From assembly GCA_937922085.1 (NCBI GenBank), contig CAKZVD010000028.1, positions 3,542 to 67,541 on the forward strand: a stretch of DNA of 64,000 nt, given 5' to 3'. The position numbers and the translations under genes were made by a program. Positions 50,500 to 60,621 of this stretch are shown piece after piece. Positions within the stretch are counted from its first letter, which is position 1. The number at the start of each line of letters is the position of its first letter. Below the pieces are notes generated by a model. That model saw only the letters and a list, made by a program, of their open reading frames with translations, was not told the origin of the DNA and searched no databases. The stretch comes from an uncultured Tenacibaculum sp. GTDB lineage: Bacteria > Bacteroidota > Bacteroidia > Flavobacteriales > Flavobacteriaceae.

Positions 50500-50634
50500 A
50501 AAAATATAGTTTATGGGGCATTTGGAAAATCTTCAAAGAATTCAAATGTTTAGGTGTATTTATAAATTAAAAGCAAAGATTAATAATATGTATAAATCAC
50601 ATTTACTAAGTGTTTAATCGAATATTATTAGTTT

Positions 50635-51378
50635 TTATTCAATCCATTTTCTAAATTCACTTGTTGCAGATGCACTTGTAATTAAATGTTGTTTGTAATT
50701 TTTTATTGAAATTGCCAATCTATCTCCAAAATAAGGTTCAATTTTTTCTATGAAATTGATATTTACAATTTCACCACGATTAATTTGAAAAAACTCTTTC
50801 GGATTTAACTCTTTTATTAAATCAGATAATTTGTAACGAAATTCATTTTCTTTTCCGTTTTCATCAATCGCAATACATTTACCTGAATTAGATAAAATTG
50901 CTCCTGTATTTTTAGTAGTTAAAATTTTTATTTCTGTTTTAGTTTTTATGATAATACGTTCTTTGTAATTATTATTTAACCCATGAATTGTTTCTGATAT
51001 TCTCTTCCAATCAACTTCCTTATTTTGTAAACTTTCAAACTTTTCCATTGCTTTACTAAACTTATTATAGCTAATAGGTTTTAATAAATAAGCTATTCCG
51101 TTTACATCAAAAGCGTCTTGATAAAAAGTGTTGTAGGCGGTTGTAAAAATGATAGGTGATTTTATAATATTGGTTTTTAATAATGAAAACACATTTCCAT
51201 CTAACAATTCAATATCAGAAAACACCAAGTCAACTTGTTCATTGGTTTCATACCATTTTTCAACTTCTTCTTTACTTTGTAATGAAGCTACAATTTCTAT
51301 TTTGTCGTTATATCGAAGAATATGATCCGTAATAATTTCGATGTTAATAGCCTCGTCTTCTATAATTAATACTTTCAT
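50635..51378 (-). CDS. LytTR-family response regulator
   Basis: IEDE, SDIEL, YLLKP, FFQINRGEIVN. Confidence 0.9.
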   Translation of the reverse strand: MKVLIIEDEAINIEIITDHILRYNDKIEIVASLQSKEEVEKWYETNEQVDLVFSDIELLDGNVFSLLKTNIIKSPIIFTTAYNTFYQDAFDVNGIAYLLKPISYNKFSKAMEKFESLQNKEVDWKRISETIHGLNNNYKERIIIKTKTEIKILTTKNTGAILSNSGKCIAIDENGKENEFRYKLSDLIKELNPKEFFQINRGEIVNINFIEKIEPYFGDRLAISIKNYKQHLITSASATSEFRKWIE

Positions 51379-52415
51379 ATTTCTGAAATTAAAGGGATTT
51401 CAACAATAAATTCATTATTAGTTTCTGTAAAAAGAACGTCTTTGTTAAAATTAAGTTGATATTGACGTTTTAAATAATCGTTTCCCGTTCCTGTTCCGAG
51501 CGTAAAATCTACTTTGTTCAATTTATTTTTTATAACAATGGTATCTTCTTGTAATGAAAGCGAAATTAATAACGGATTTTCTTCACTTCCTTTATTATGT
51601 TTTATCGCATTTTCTATACATAACTGTAACGAGCACGGAACAACAAAACCACTTGTGTTTTCAATAGTATTTTCAATTTGATATGTATTTCCGAAACGTT
51701 TTTCCATCAAATTCATATAACTTGTTAAGAAAGATAGTTCTTCTTTTAACTCAACCAGTTGTTTTTTTCCATGGTTTAAATAGTAACGATATACATCTGA
51801 AAAATCATCTATAAAATCTTCTATTTGTTCTGGTTTTTTTCTTGCTAATCCTGATAAAACACTCAAATTATTGAATAAAAAATGAGGCTCTAAATTTTTC
51901 TGCAACATTTGCGATTGTATTTTAGCTTTTTCTTTTTCGGCTTGTTCTAATTCTATTGCTATTTTTTGAGATTGCCTAAAGTATAAAAAAGCAGAAGTAA
52001 GCGCAAAAATATCAACCAATATAAAAGCAACTGACAGCGTATTTATAATCCTATAAATAATATCATATTCTAGTTTATTACTTAAAATAACATGTAAAAC
52101 AACATAATCGATAATAATACCCATTAAGGTAAATATGAAAAAAGATAAAATATAAACTTTTACAAATTTTAAAATGGTATTTGTAGCATCTATTTTATTT
52201 ATAAATTTCCAAGAAATGAGTACCGATAGTAATGAAAGTATAGAAAATATTAAAATAGATAAGTGATCAAAATAGTCATAAAAATCAATATCACTAGTAT
52301 TAGCATTTGTACGTAAGCTATAAAAGAAAAAAATTTTAGCACTATTACTGATTAACAATAGTACAATTACTATTAAAATTTGTTTTAGATTTATTCTTTG
52401 ATTGAAGACCTTCAC
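51375..52415 (-). CDS. LytS-type membrane histidine kinase
   Basis: Four TM helices; LEPHFLFNNL, ENAIKHN. Confidence 0.9.
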   Translation of the reverse strand: MKVFNQRINLKQILIVIVLLLISNSAKIFFFYSLRTNANTSDIDFYDYFDHLSILIFSILSLLSVLISWKFINKIDATNTILKFVKVYILSFFIFTLMGIIIDYVVLHVILSNKLEYDIIYRIINTLSVAFILVDIFALTSAFLYFRQSQKIAIELEQAEKEKAKIQSQMLQKNLEPHFLFNNLSVLSGLARKKPEQIEDFIDDFSDVYRYYLNHGKKQLVELKEELSFLTSYMNLMEKRFGNTYQIENTIENTSGFVVPCSLQLCIENAIKHNKGSEENPLLISLSLQEDTIVIKNKLNKVDFTLGTGTGNDYLKRQYQLNFNKDVLFTETNNEFIVEIPLISEI

Positions 52416-52455
52416 TTCTTTATTATTTTAGATTTACAAAATACATTTTTAGTTT

Positions 52456-52498
52456 AAAAAAACCGTTTAAAGCATTTAATTCTTTAAACAGTTTTTTT
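52456..52498 (-). terminator. Hairpin downstream of the outer-membrane protein gene
   Basis: aaaaaaaccgtttaaag...ctttaaacagttttttt. Confidence 0.55.
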
Positions 52499-52507
52499 AT
52501 AGATTGA

Positions 52508-54874
52508 TTATTTTTTTGCTCTTTTTTGCTCTATTTCGTTTCCAGAATTACGCTGTTTAACTTTTATTTTTTTGTTACCAAAGCTATAGTTTAAGCTAAT
52601 TTTAAAACTTCGAGTATCAAAATAATTATAGTAAGTTTGATCTATTCCGTTTGTTTTAGTGTTTACACTTGTTGCTTTACGTTTAAAAATATCGTTTACA
52701 GCTACCGTACAATTTAGTTTTTTATCTAGTAATGAAAATTTTAAACCTAAATCTAGGCTAACCATTTCTGACACTGAAAAGTACATCAATTTTTGTGGCG
52801 AAGCATATATAAATGTAGCTTCTGCTTGTACAGTTTTTGCTTCATTTAAATGAAAGGTGTTTCTATTATACATTTGAAAATTCCATCCGCTTAATAATTC
52901 AGCATCTAAATTAAATCCATTTTTGTAACGTGTATCCATTTTTGATAACGTTGCTTGCGTTGTTGTATTCCACCATTTAGTTGGGTTGTATAGAAATGTT
53001 TCAGTTAATCCGTAATTATAAGCGGTATAAAAATTATCAAACGTTACTACAATTCTTTGTTGCGCTCCGTCTTCGGCCTTAATTATATTAAAATATCCAT
53101 CATCTACATAACTTACAAATGCTTTACTTATTAGTTTTCCTTTATAAATGTGTTTTACTTCTAAATTCTCAGAGATTTGAGGTCTTAAAAACGGATTTCC
53201 TTCTTGATACGAAATAGGATTAATATAAAAACGGAACGGATTTAAACGCTCAAAACTAGGACGCTGAATTCTTCTACTATAACTCATATTAAACATGTTT
53301 TTTCTACTAGGATTATATCCTAAAAACACCGATGGAAATAGTTTATTATATGAATTCACATCTGTTTGGTTGTTTGTTTTTGAAACTCCTTTTGTTCGAG
53401 TATTTTCAAAACGAAGTCCGATTTTTGTTTGCCATTTTTTGCCTAAAGGTTTCGACATATCTGCATATATTGCATTAATATTTTCTGAATACATAAACTC
53501 ATTACTTTGAGCTGGATCAAAAACAGGTGTACCTGTAGTTTTATTATAAAACGCTACATCACTATCTGTTTTTGTAATTGTAGTTTTAATTCCATATGAA
53601 AAATTTGCCCATTTACTTGGGTGTTCTATATCTATTTTTCCGCTGTAATTTTTAATATTTTGATTGGTTCTGTTTTCTGCCTCAAAAAAACTAGGGTTTG
53701 TAATAAATCGTTCGCTACTAAAGTTTCTGTTAGAAGAATTATTAAAATTAAAGTAATCAACATCAATAGATAATTTTCTACCAAGTGTATCTAATTTTTG
53801 AATGTAATGAGCGTTTATTGAGTGATTTTTATTTTCATTATTTGCATCACCTTTGTTAATTGTAAAAGTTTCATTGCCATCATTTGTAAGTGTTCTTCCT
53901 CCATCATTTATTCCTTTATTTTCAAACGAACCTGAATATAAAACTCCAACAGTAGCATTATCTGTTACATTATAATCAAATCCGAACCTACCAGAAATCA
54001 TATTTTCTTTATTTTTCATATCCAAATTTGTTTCGGTTGATGCTGATGGATAAATAATATCAAATTCATTAAATTGTGCTGTGTGCCCTTTTGTTCCATT
54101 TAATGAAGCTATTAAACTTAACTTGTTTTTATTATAATTAAATGTGTTTCCAAAGTTTAATAATGGATATGTTGCTTGTGTGTACGAAGTTCTTATTTGA
54201 TTATTCCAACTGTTTTCTTTTGATTTTTTTAGAACAATATTAATAAGTCCGCTATTTCCTTCTGCATCATATTTAGATGGAGGTGTTGTAATTACTTCAA
54301 TATTTTTAATATCGTCAGATGCAATAGTACTTAAATAAGCATTTAATTCATTTCCTGATAATTGTATAATTCTATCATTAACCATTACACGTACATTTCC
54401 TTTTCCTACAATGGCTAATTTATCCGTATCTACATTTACACTTGGTGTTGTTTTTAATGCATCAAGCGCTGTTCCTCCAGTACCAGCCACTGTGTTTTCT
54501 ACGTTAAAAACTAATCTATCCACTTTCTGTTGAATCAATTTTTTACGTGCAGTAATCACTACTTCTTGTAATTGTTGACCTTCTTCCTCTAAAGTAATGG
54601 TTCCAATAGTAGATTCGGTAGGGGTAATTTTTTTAGTAGTAAATCCAACAAAACTAATTTCTAAGTATATGTTTTTCTTTTTTGTATTAATAGAAAAGGC
54701 ACCGTTTTCATCAGAAATTACACCCGTAATTAGTGAATTATCCGTTTTGTCTTTTGCTACAATATTAGCAAATGAAATAGGTAGATTTTGTTTGTCAATT
54801 ATTTTTCCAGTAAACTTTTGTCCGAAACTAATCGAATAAACAAAAGCGATTAAAAGTGTAGCTATAGTTCTCAT
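52508..54874 (-). CDS. TonB-dependent / outer-membrane beta-barrel protein
   Basis: Signal peptide, CarboxypepD-reg-like domain, plug IEVITTPPSKYDAEG, GNPFLRP, LNYSFG. Confidence 0.85.
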   Translation of the reverse strand: MRTIATLLIAFVYSISFGQKFTGKIIDKQNLPISFANIVAKDKTDNSLITGVISDENGAFSINTKKKNIYLEISFVGFTTKKITPTESTIGTITLEEEGQQLQEVVITARKKLIQQKVDRLVFNVENTVAGTGGTALDALKTTPSVNVDTDKLAIVGKGNVRVMVNDRIIQLSGNELNAYLSTIASDDIKNIEVITTPPSKYDAEGNSGLINIVLKKSKENSWNNQIRTSYTQATYPLLNFGNTFNYNKNKLSLIASLNGTKGHTAQFNEFDIIYPSASTETNLDMKNKENMISGRFGFDYNVTDNATVGVLYSGSFENKGINDGGRTLTNDGNETFTINKGDANNENKNHSINAHYIQKLDTLGRKLSIDVDYFNFNNSSNRNFSSERFITNPSFFEAENRTNQNIKNYSGKIDIEHPSKWANFSYGIKTTITKTDSDVAFYNKTTGTPVFDPAQSNEFMYSENINAIYADMSKPLGKKWQTKIGLRFENTRTKGVSKTNNQTDVNSYNKLFPSVFLGYNPSRKNMFNMSYSRRIQRPSFERLNPFRFYINPISYQEGNPFLRPQISENLEVKHIYKGKLISKAFVSYVDDGYFNIIKAEDGAQQRIVVTFDNFYTAYNYGLTETFLYNPTKWWNTTTQATLSKMDTRYKNGFNLDAELLSGWNFQMYNRNTFHLNEAKTVQAEATFIYASPQKLMYFSVSEMVSLDLGLKFSLLDKKLNCTVAVNDIFKRKATSVNTKTNGIDQTYYNYFDTRSFKISLNYSFGNKKIKVKQRNSGNEIEQKRAKK

Positions 54875-54904
54875 AATAATAGTATTTCAAAATTAATAAC
54901 ACCT

Positions 54905-54977
54905 CAAAAGTATTCTGAGAATGCAGTTTTTGAAATAGCTATGCAATGAATTGAGGAAAAAATGAAATGAATTAAGG
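54905..54977 (-). promoter_or_regulatory. Putative LytTR direct repeat plus -7 element
   Basis: atgcaatgaattgagg (54941) and atgaaatgaattaagg (54962), 21-bp period; TACTTTTG on the minus strand at 54905-54912. Confidence 0.6.
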
Positions 54978-55302
54978 GAAACAAAAAAAGTATATTAACA
55001 ATACACTTAAAAATGAACTATTATTAATTTGTTTTTTTAACTTCTAGAGCTACATTCATTGAATTGTATACTTATTTAACCTTATCTGTTTGATTGAGTT
55101 TGTATCTCATTTATAAATGGGAAAGGAGAATTTAAACAGAATTAATAAATTTACACTCTGTATAATTTTAGTTATTTAGTTGGAATTTAAAGTTTAATAC
55201 AAGAGATAATTGATATTATAAAAGAAAAAAATAAAATTTAACAGTAATTTTAAAAAGGTAACTGTTATATTTACCACCAAATTAGTTCATTAATTTATTG
55301 AT

Positions 55303-55416
55303 GTTATCAAGAAAGGTGGAGGGATTAGACCCTGCGAAACCTTAGCAACCCTTTGTGTAAACAAAGAAGGTGCTACATTCTACTGGTATGTGTTAAAACA
55401 TATGCAGAGAGATAAC
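55303..55416 (+). ncRNA. SAM-I type riboswitch upstream of metH
   Basis: Near-identical 5' core to the 17473 copy; P1 gttatc/gataac. Confidence 0.9.
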
Positions 55417-55466
55417 GGAAAGATTTTACTTCTCTTTTCCTGATAACAAACTTTAAAATATCAGGA

Positions 55467-56471
55467 ATGTCAAACATATATAAGGAAATACAAAAAAGAA
55501 TTCTTGTACTAGATGGTGCAATGGGAACCATGCTTCAGGAATATAAATTCACTGAAGAAGATTTTCGTGGAGAACGATTTAAAGATCACCCTTCACCATT
55601 ACAAGGGAATAATGATTTATTATCGATAACACAACCAGAGGCTGTTAAAGAAGTACACAGAAAGTATTTTGCAGCAGGTGCCGATATTGTAGAAACCAAT
55701 ACCTTTTCAGGAACTACGATTGCAATGGCAGATTATCAAATGGAAAGTTTGGTATATGAGTTAAACTACGAATCTGCAAAAATAGCAAAGGAAGTTGCCG
55801 ATGAATTTACCGAAAAAGAACCAGAAAAACCTCGTTTTGTAGCAGGTTCTATAGGTCCAACGAATAGAACCGCAAGCATGTCTCCAGATGTTAATGATCC
55901 TGGATACAGAGCAGTAACTTTCGATGAGTTAAGGTTGGCTTATAAATTACAAATAGAAGCTTTATTAGATGGAGGAGCAGATGTTTTGTTAGTAGAAACA
56001 GTTTTTGATACATTAAATGCTAAAGCAGCTTTATTTGCTATAGAAGAAGTAAAAGAGGAACGAAAGATAAAAGTACCAGTGATGGTTTCTGGAACTATAA
56101 CTGATGCTTCCGGAAGAACTTTATCTGGGCAAACTGCAGAAGCTTTTTTAATATCCATATCTCACATTCCTTTATTATCTGTAGGGTTTAACTGTGCGCT
56201 TGGAGCCAATTTATTACAACCACATTTAGAAGCAATTGCATCAAAAACAGATTTTTCAATTTCAGCACACCCAAATGCAGGTTTGCCTAATGCTTTTGGA
56301 GAGTATGATGAAACGCCTCAAGAAATGGCATCTCAAATAGAAGAATATCTAAAAAAAGATTTGATAAATATTATAGGGGGTTGCTGTGGTACTAATCCAG
56401 AACATATTAAAGCAATAGCAGAAGTTGCAAGTAAATACACTCCAAGATTAATAAGAGAAAAAGTTTCTTGA
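55467..56471 (+). CDS. metH: Methionine synthase, homocysteine-binding module (split MetH)
   Basis: [27 protein letters not shown]. Confidence 0.95.
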   Translation: MSNIYKEIQKRILVLDGAMGTMLQEYKFTEEDFRGERFKDHPSPLQGNNDLLSITQPEAVKEVHRKYFAAGADIVETNTFSGTTIAMADYQMESLVYELNYESAKIAKEVADEFTEKEPEKPRFVAGSIGPTNRTASMSPDVNDPGYRAVTFDELRLAYKLQIEALLDGGADVLLVETVFDTLNAKAALFAIEEVKEERKIKVPVMVSGTITDASGRTLSGQTAEAFLISISHIPLLSVGFNCALGANLLQPHLEAIASKTDFSISAHPNAGLPNAFGEYDETPQEMASQIEEYLKKDLINIIGGCCGTNPEHIKAIAEVASKYTPRLIREKVS

Positions 56472-56475
56472 AATT

Positions 56476-56847
56476 ATGAATAAGATTGGAGTAATTGAAC
56501 GTGTTTTTAAAGAGTTTGAAGAGGTTAGATATATAGCAATATATAAAGAAAATGACTTACTGTTTAAGCAAAGAGATGAATTAGAGAATAACTCAGAAGT
56601 AGAAACAGACAAGTATGAGGAGTTATTAGTAAACCCAACTCTTTTAAAATTAGCAAAACAACGAGGAGATATAGATTGTGGAGGTCTAAACTTTATAGTT
56701 ATTGCGTATGGTAATTTTTATCAATTAATACAGCATATAGAAAAAGGACATATTTCAATTTGTTTGGACCTTAAATCTGATGTAACAAAATTAACGAAAC
56801 AATTGATTGACTTTTTAAATATTGAATTTCCTGAATTATATAAATAG
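56476..56847 (+). CDS. Hypothetical protein between the metH halves
   Basis: 123 aa; 4-bp and 0-bp gaps to neighbours. Confidence 0.75.
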   Translation: MNKIGVIERVFKEFEEVRYIAIYKENDLLFKQRDELENNSEVETDKYEELLVNPTLLKLAKQRGDIDCGGLNFIVIAYGNFYQLIQHIEKGHISICLDLKSDVTKLTKQLIDFLNIEFPELYK

Positions 56848-59529
56848 ATGGTAAAAGAAAAAAAGTATATGAGGTTAAGTGGTTTAGAGCCTTTAATTAT
56901 AACACCAGAAAGTAATTTTATTAATGTAGGAGAGCGAACAAACGTGGCAGGTTCTCGTAAATTTCTTCGTTTAATAAAAGAAGAACAATTTGATGAAGCC
57001 TTAGCAATTGCACGTCATCAAGTAGAAGGAGGAGCACAAATCATTGATATTAATATGGATGATGGTTTGATTGATGGAAAAGAAGCAATGGTTCGATTTT
57101 TAAATTTAATTGCAGCAGAACCAGATATTTGTAGAGTTCCTATTATGATTGATAGTTCTAAATGGGAGATTATAGAAGCAGGGTTACAGGTTGTTCAAGG
57201 AAAATGTGTTGTAAATTCTATTAGTTTAAAAGAAGGAGAAGAAAAATTTATTTGGGAAGCAACACAAATAAAAAAATATGGAGCAGCTGTAATTATAATG
57301 GCTTTTGATGAGGTTGGTCAGGCAGATAATTATGAACGAAGAATTGAAATAGCAAAACGATCGTATGATGTTTTGGTGAATGTTGTTGGTTTTGCACCTG
57401 AAGATATCATTTTCGATTTAAATATATTTCCTGTGGCAACTGGTATGGATGAGCATCGTAAAAATGCCATTGATTTTATTGAAGCAACTCGTTGGGTACG
57501 TGAAAACTTACCGCATGTAAGTGTAAGTGGAGGAGTAAGTAATGTTTCTTTTTCATTTAGAGGAAATAATATTGTTCGTGAAGCAATGCATTCTGTTTTT
57601 TTATATCATGCAATACAGGCGGGTATGAATATGGGAATTGTAAATCCTACTATGTTAGAAGTATATGATGATATACCAAAAGATTTATTAGAATATGTTG
57701 AAGATGTAATTTTAGATAAAAGGGAAGATGCTACCGAACGATTATTGGAATTTGCTGAAACTGTAAAAGGAGTAAAAAAGCAAGATACAACACAAGCCTT
57801 AGAATGGCGATCACTATCGTTACAAGAAAGAATTACACATTCATTAGTAAAAGGAATAGATGCATTTATTGTAGAAGACGCAGAAGAGGCAAGACTAAGT
57901 GCAGCAAAACCTTTACATGTTATTGAAGGAAATTTAATGACAGGAATGAATGTTGTTGGAGATTTATTTGGTGCTGGAAAAATGTTTTTACCTCAAGTAG
58001 TGAAATCTGCTAGAGTAATGAAAAAAGCAGTGGCTTATTTAAATCCGTTTATAGAAGAAGAAAAAGGAGAAGCTCAAAAGACGTTAGGTAAAATTTTAAT
58101 GGCCACCGTAAAAGGAGATGTACATGATATTGGTAAAAATATAGTGTCTGTAGTTTTAGGGTGTAACAATTATGAAATTGTTGACTTAGGGGTAATGGTA
58201 CCACCAGAAAAAATTATAGAGACTGCCAAAAAAGAAAATGTAGATGTAATTGGTTTAAGCGGATTAATAACGCCTTCGTTAGATGAAATGGTATATCTAG
58301 CAAAGGAGATGGAACGACAAAATTTTGAAGTCCCTTTACTAATAGGAGGAGCTACTACTTCTAAGGCGCACACTGCTGTAAAAATAGATACGCAATATAA
58401 AAATGCAGTAGTGCATGTAAATGATGCTTCAAGAGCAGTAACAGTAGTAGGAGATTTATTAAATACAGTAACAAAAAATGAATATGTAACTGATTTAAAA
58501 AAGGATTATGGAGCATTTAGAGAGAAGTTTTTAAAAAGAGGAAAAACAAAAGCTTATGTTTCTATTGAGGAAGCACGTAAGAAAAAATTTGAAATAGATT
58601 GGAATAGTACAAGTATAACCAAGCCAAATGAATTAGGAATTAAAGTTATAGAGGATGTAGATTTAAAAGATTTGTTAGAATATATAGATTGGAGTCCTTT
58701 TTTTAGAAGTTGGGATTTACATGGGAAATTTCCACAAATTTTAGAAGATGAAATTGTGGGAGAACAAGCAACAGAATTATATAAAGATGCACAAGATTTA
58801 TTAATTAAAGTAGTAAATGAAAAGTTACTAAAAACAAAAGCAGTTTTTGGTTTATTTAAAGCAAACTCTATAAATGATGATGATATAGAAGTATACGATA
58901 CAGAAGGAAATACACTAGCAACATTTATAACATTAAGACAACAACTTAAAAAAAGAGAAAGCGTTTCTAATCATGCTTTAGCAGATTTTATAGCACCGAA
59001 AGAAACTGAAAAAGAAGATTATATCGGTTGTTTTTGTGTGTCTACAGGTTTCGGAACACAGGAGTTGGCTTTAGAATTTGAAAAAGAAAATGACGACTAT
59101 AATTCTATAATGATTAAAGCATTGGCAGATCGTTTAGCAGAAGCATATGCAGAATATCTTCATAAAGAGGTAAGAACCAAATATTGGGGGTATGCTAAAG
59201 ATGAGAGTTTAACAAATGAAGAATTAATAAAAGAAAACTATAAAGGGATTCGTCCAGCACCAGGGTATCCTGCATGTCCAGATCATTTAGAAAAAAATAC
59301 CATTTGGGATTTGTTAAAAGTTGAAGAAAGAATAGGGGTAAAGCTAACAGAAAGTTTAGCGATGTGGCCAGCAGCAAGTGTTTCTGGTTATTATTTTGGA
59401 AACCCAGAAGCCAAATATTTTGGATTAGGTAAAATAAAAGAAGATCAATTAAATAGTTATATAAAAAGAAGAGCGATTTCACCAGAGAAAGCTGCAAAAT
59501 GGTTGAACCCAAATTTAGCAGATAATTAA
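56848..59529 (+). CDS. metH: Methionine synthase pterin/B12/SAM-reactivation module
   Basis: [35 protein letters not shown]. Confidence 0.95.
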   Translation: MVKEKKYMRLSGLEPLIITPESNFINVGERTNVAGSRKFLRLIKEEQFDEALAIARHQVEGGAQIIDINMDDGLIDGKEAMVRFLNLIAAEPDICRVPIMIDSSKWEIIEAGLQVVQGKCVVNSISLKEGEEKFIWEATQIKKYGAAVIIMAFDEVGQADNYERRIEIAKRSYDVLVNVVGFAPEDIIFDLNIFPVATGMDEHRKNAIDFIEATRWVRENLPHVSVSGGVSNVSFSFRGNNIVREAMHSVFLYHAIQAGMNMGIVNPTMLEVYDDIPKDLLEYVEDVILDKREDATERLLEFAETVKGVKKQDTTQALEWRSLSLQERITHSLVKGIDAFIVEDAEEARLSAAKPLHVIEGNLMTGMNVVGDLFGAGKMFLPQVVKSARVMKKAVAYLNPFIEEEKGEAQKTLGKILMATVKGDVHDIGKNIVSVVLGCNNYEIVDLGVMVPPEKIIETAKKENVDVIGLSGLITPSLDEMVYLAKEMERQNFEVPLLIGGATTSKAHTAVKIDTQYKNAVVHVNDASRAVTVVGDLLNTVTKNEYVTDLKKDYGAFREKFLKRGKTKAYVSIEEARKKKFEIDWNSTSITKPNELGIKVIEDVDLKDLLEYIDWSPFFRSWDLHGKFPQILEDEIVGEQATELYKDAQDLLIKVVNEKLLKTKAVFGLFKANSINDDDIEVYDTEGNTLATFITLRQQLKKRESVSNHALADFIAPKETEKEDYIGCFCVSTGFGTQELALEFEKENDDYNSIMIKALADRLAEAYAEYLHKEVRTKYWGYAKDESLTNEELIKENYKGIRPAPGYPACPDHLEKNTIWDLLKVEERIGVKLTESLAMWPAASVSGYYFGNPEAKYFGLGKIKEDQLNSYIKRRAISPEKAAKWLNPNLADN

Positions 59530-59588
59530 AAAAAGGTGAAGAGATTTTAGCCGCTTGTTTTACTAACGGCTTTTTTAAATTGAATAAA

Positions 59589-60545
59589 ATGAAAGTAACA
59601 GAACATATAGCACAATCAAAGGGAGAAACACGTTTTTCATTTGAAATTTTACCTCCTTTAAAAGGACAACATATCGATTCTATTTTTAATAATATAGATC
59701 CTTTAATGGAGTTTAATCCACCATTTATAGATGTAACTTATCACCGAGAAGAGTATACTTATAAAGAATTAGAAAATGGATTGTTAGAAAAGAAAGTTGT
59801 AAAAAAACGACCAGGTACTGTAGGAATTTGTGCAGCAATACAGAATAAGTATAATGTAGATGCAATTCCACATATACTTTGTGGAGGCTTTACAAAAGAA
59901 GACACAGAAAATTTTTTAATAGACCTAGATTTTTTAGAGATTGATAATGTAGTAGCACTGAGGGGAGATGCTGTAAAGAGTGAAATGTATTTTAAGTCAG
60001 AAAAAAATGGACATAATTATGCAAGTGATTTAGTGGGGCAAATAGGAAATTTAAATAAAGGGAAATATTTAGATGAAGATTTACAAAATTCATCAGCTAC
60101 TAATTTTTGTATCGGTGTGGCTGGTTATCCAGAAAAACACATGGAAGCACCTAGTATGGAATCGGATATTCATTTTTTAAAGAAAAAAATTAAAAATGGA
60201 GCAGATTATATTGTTACACAAATGTTTTTTGATAATCAAAAATATTTTGATTTTGTAAAAAAATGTAGAAAAGAAGGAATAACAGTCCCGATTATTCCAG
60301 GATTAAAGCCTATTTCTACAAAAAAGCAGTTAAATCTTATACCTTATAGATTTAAAGTTGATTTGCCAGACGATTTAGTAATGGCTGTGGTAAAAGCGAA
60401 GGATAATAAAGCTGTAAGACAAGTAGGTATAGAATGGTGTATAGCACAAAGTAAAGAACTGATAAAAGCAAAGGTGCCTTTTGTGCATTACTACTCAATG
60501 GGTAAATCAGATAATATTCAAACGATTGCGAGTGAAGTTTTTTAA
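59589..60545 (+). CDS. metF: 5,10-methylenetetrahydrofolate reductase
   Basis: SFEILPP, ALRGD, AGYPEKH, TQMFFD. Confidence 0.95.
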   Translation: MKVTEHIAQSKGETRFSFEILPPLKGQHIDSIFNNIDPLMEFNPPFIDVTYHREEYTYKELENGLLEKKVVKKRPGTVGICAAIQNKYNVDAIPHILCGGFTKEDTENFLIDLDFLEIDNVVALRGDAVKSEMYFKSEKNGHNYASDLVGQIGNLNKGKYLDEDLQNSSATNFCIGVAGYPEKHMEAPSMESDIHFLKKKIKNGADYIVTQMFFDNQKYFDFVKKCRKEGITVPIIPGLKPISTKKQLNLIPYRFKVDLPDDLVMAVVKAKDNKAVRQVGIEWCIAQSKELIKAKVPFVHYYSMGKSDNIQTIASEVF

Positions 60546-60621
60546 AAAATAATTAACCCCATTATATGTTCAATTCATGTTTTTTAATATACAATGGGGC
60601 TATAATAATATTCAGTATTAG

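Larger units (their letters stand above)
34881..50600 (+). mobile_element. Integron-like gene-cassette array without an integrase in the window (CALIN-like)
   Basis: About 10 units bounded by GTT-core / self-complementary ...AAC pairs and fold-back spacers; see findings. Confidence 0.75.

Noticed and set aside
34881-50600. CRISPR array
   Set aside because: Repeats are long, divergent and separated by whole genes; no cas genes.
50600-55000. LytTR/LytS/OMP trio as another inverted cassette
   Set aside because: GTATATTAAC near 54990 has no convincing complementary GTT core near 50600-50630.
34812-55302. Integron integrase / tyrosine recombinase gene
   Set aside because: No ORF with RHRY catalytic motifs in the window. 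The block at 36740-36830 was tried as an integrase C-terminal relic, but the frames examined gave no convincing match.
4608-59512. Short ORFs antisense to well-supported genes (e.g. 4608, 5850, 18035, 20674, 30893, 55940, 59195)
   Set aside because: They overlap conserved genes on the opposite strand and have no motifs.
55467-59529. Split metH as a pseudogene or novelty
   Set aside because: Both halves are intact at domain boundaries; split MetH is known in Bacteroidota.
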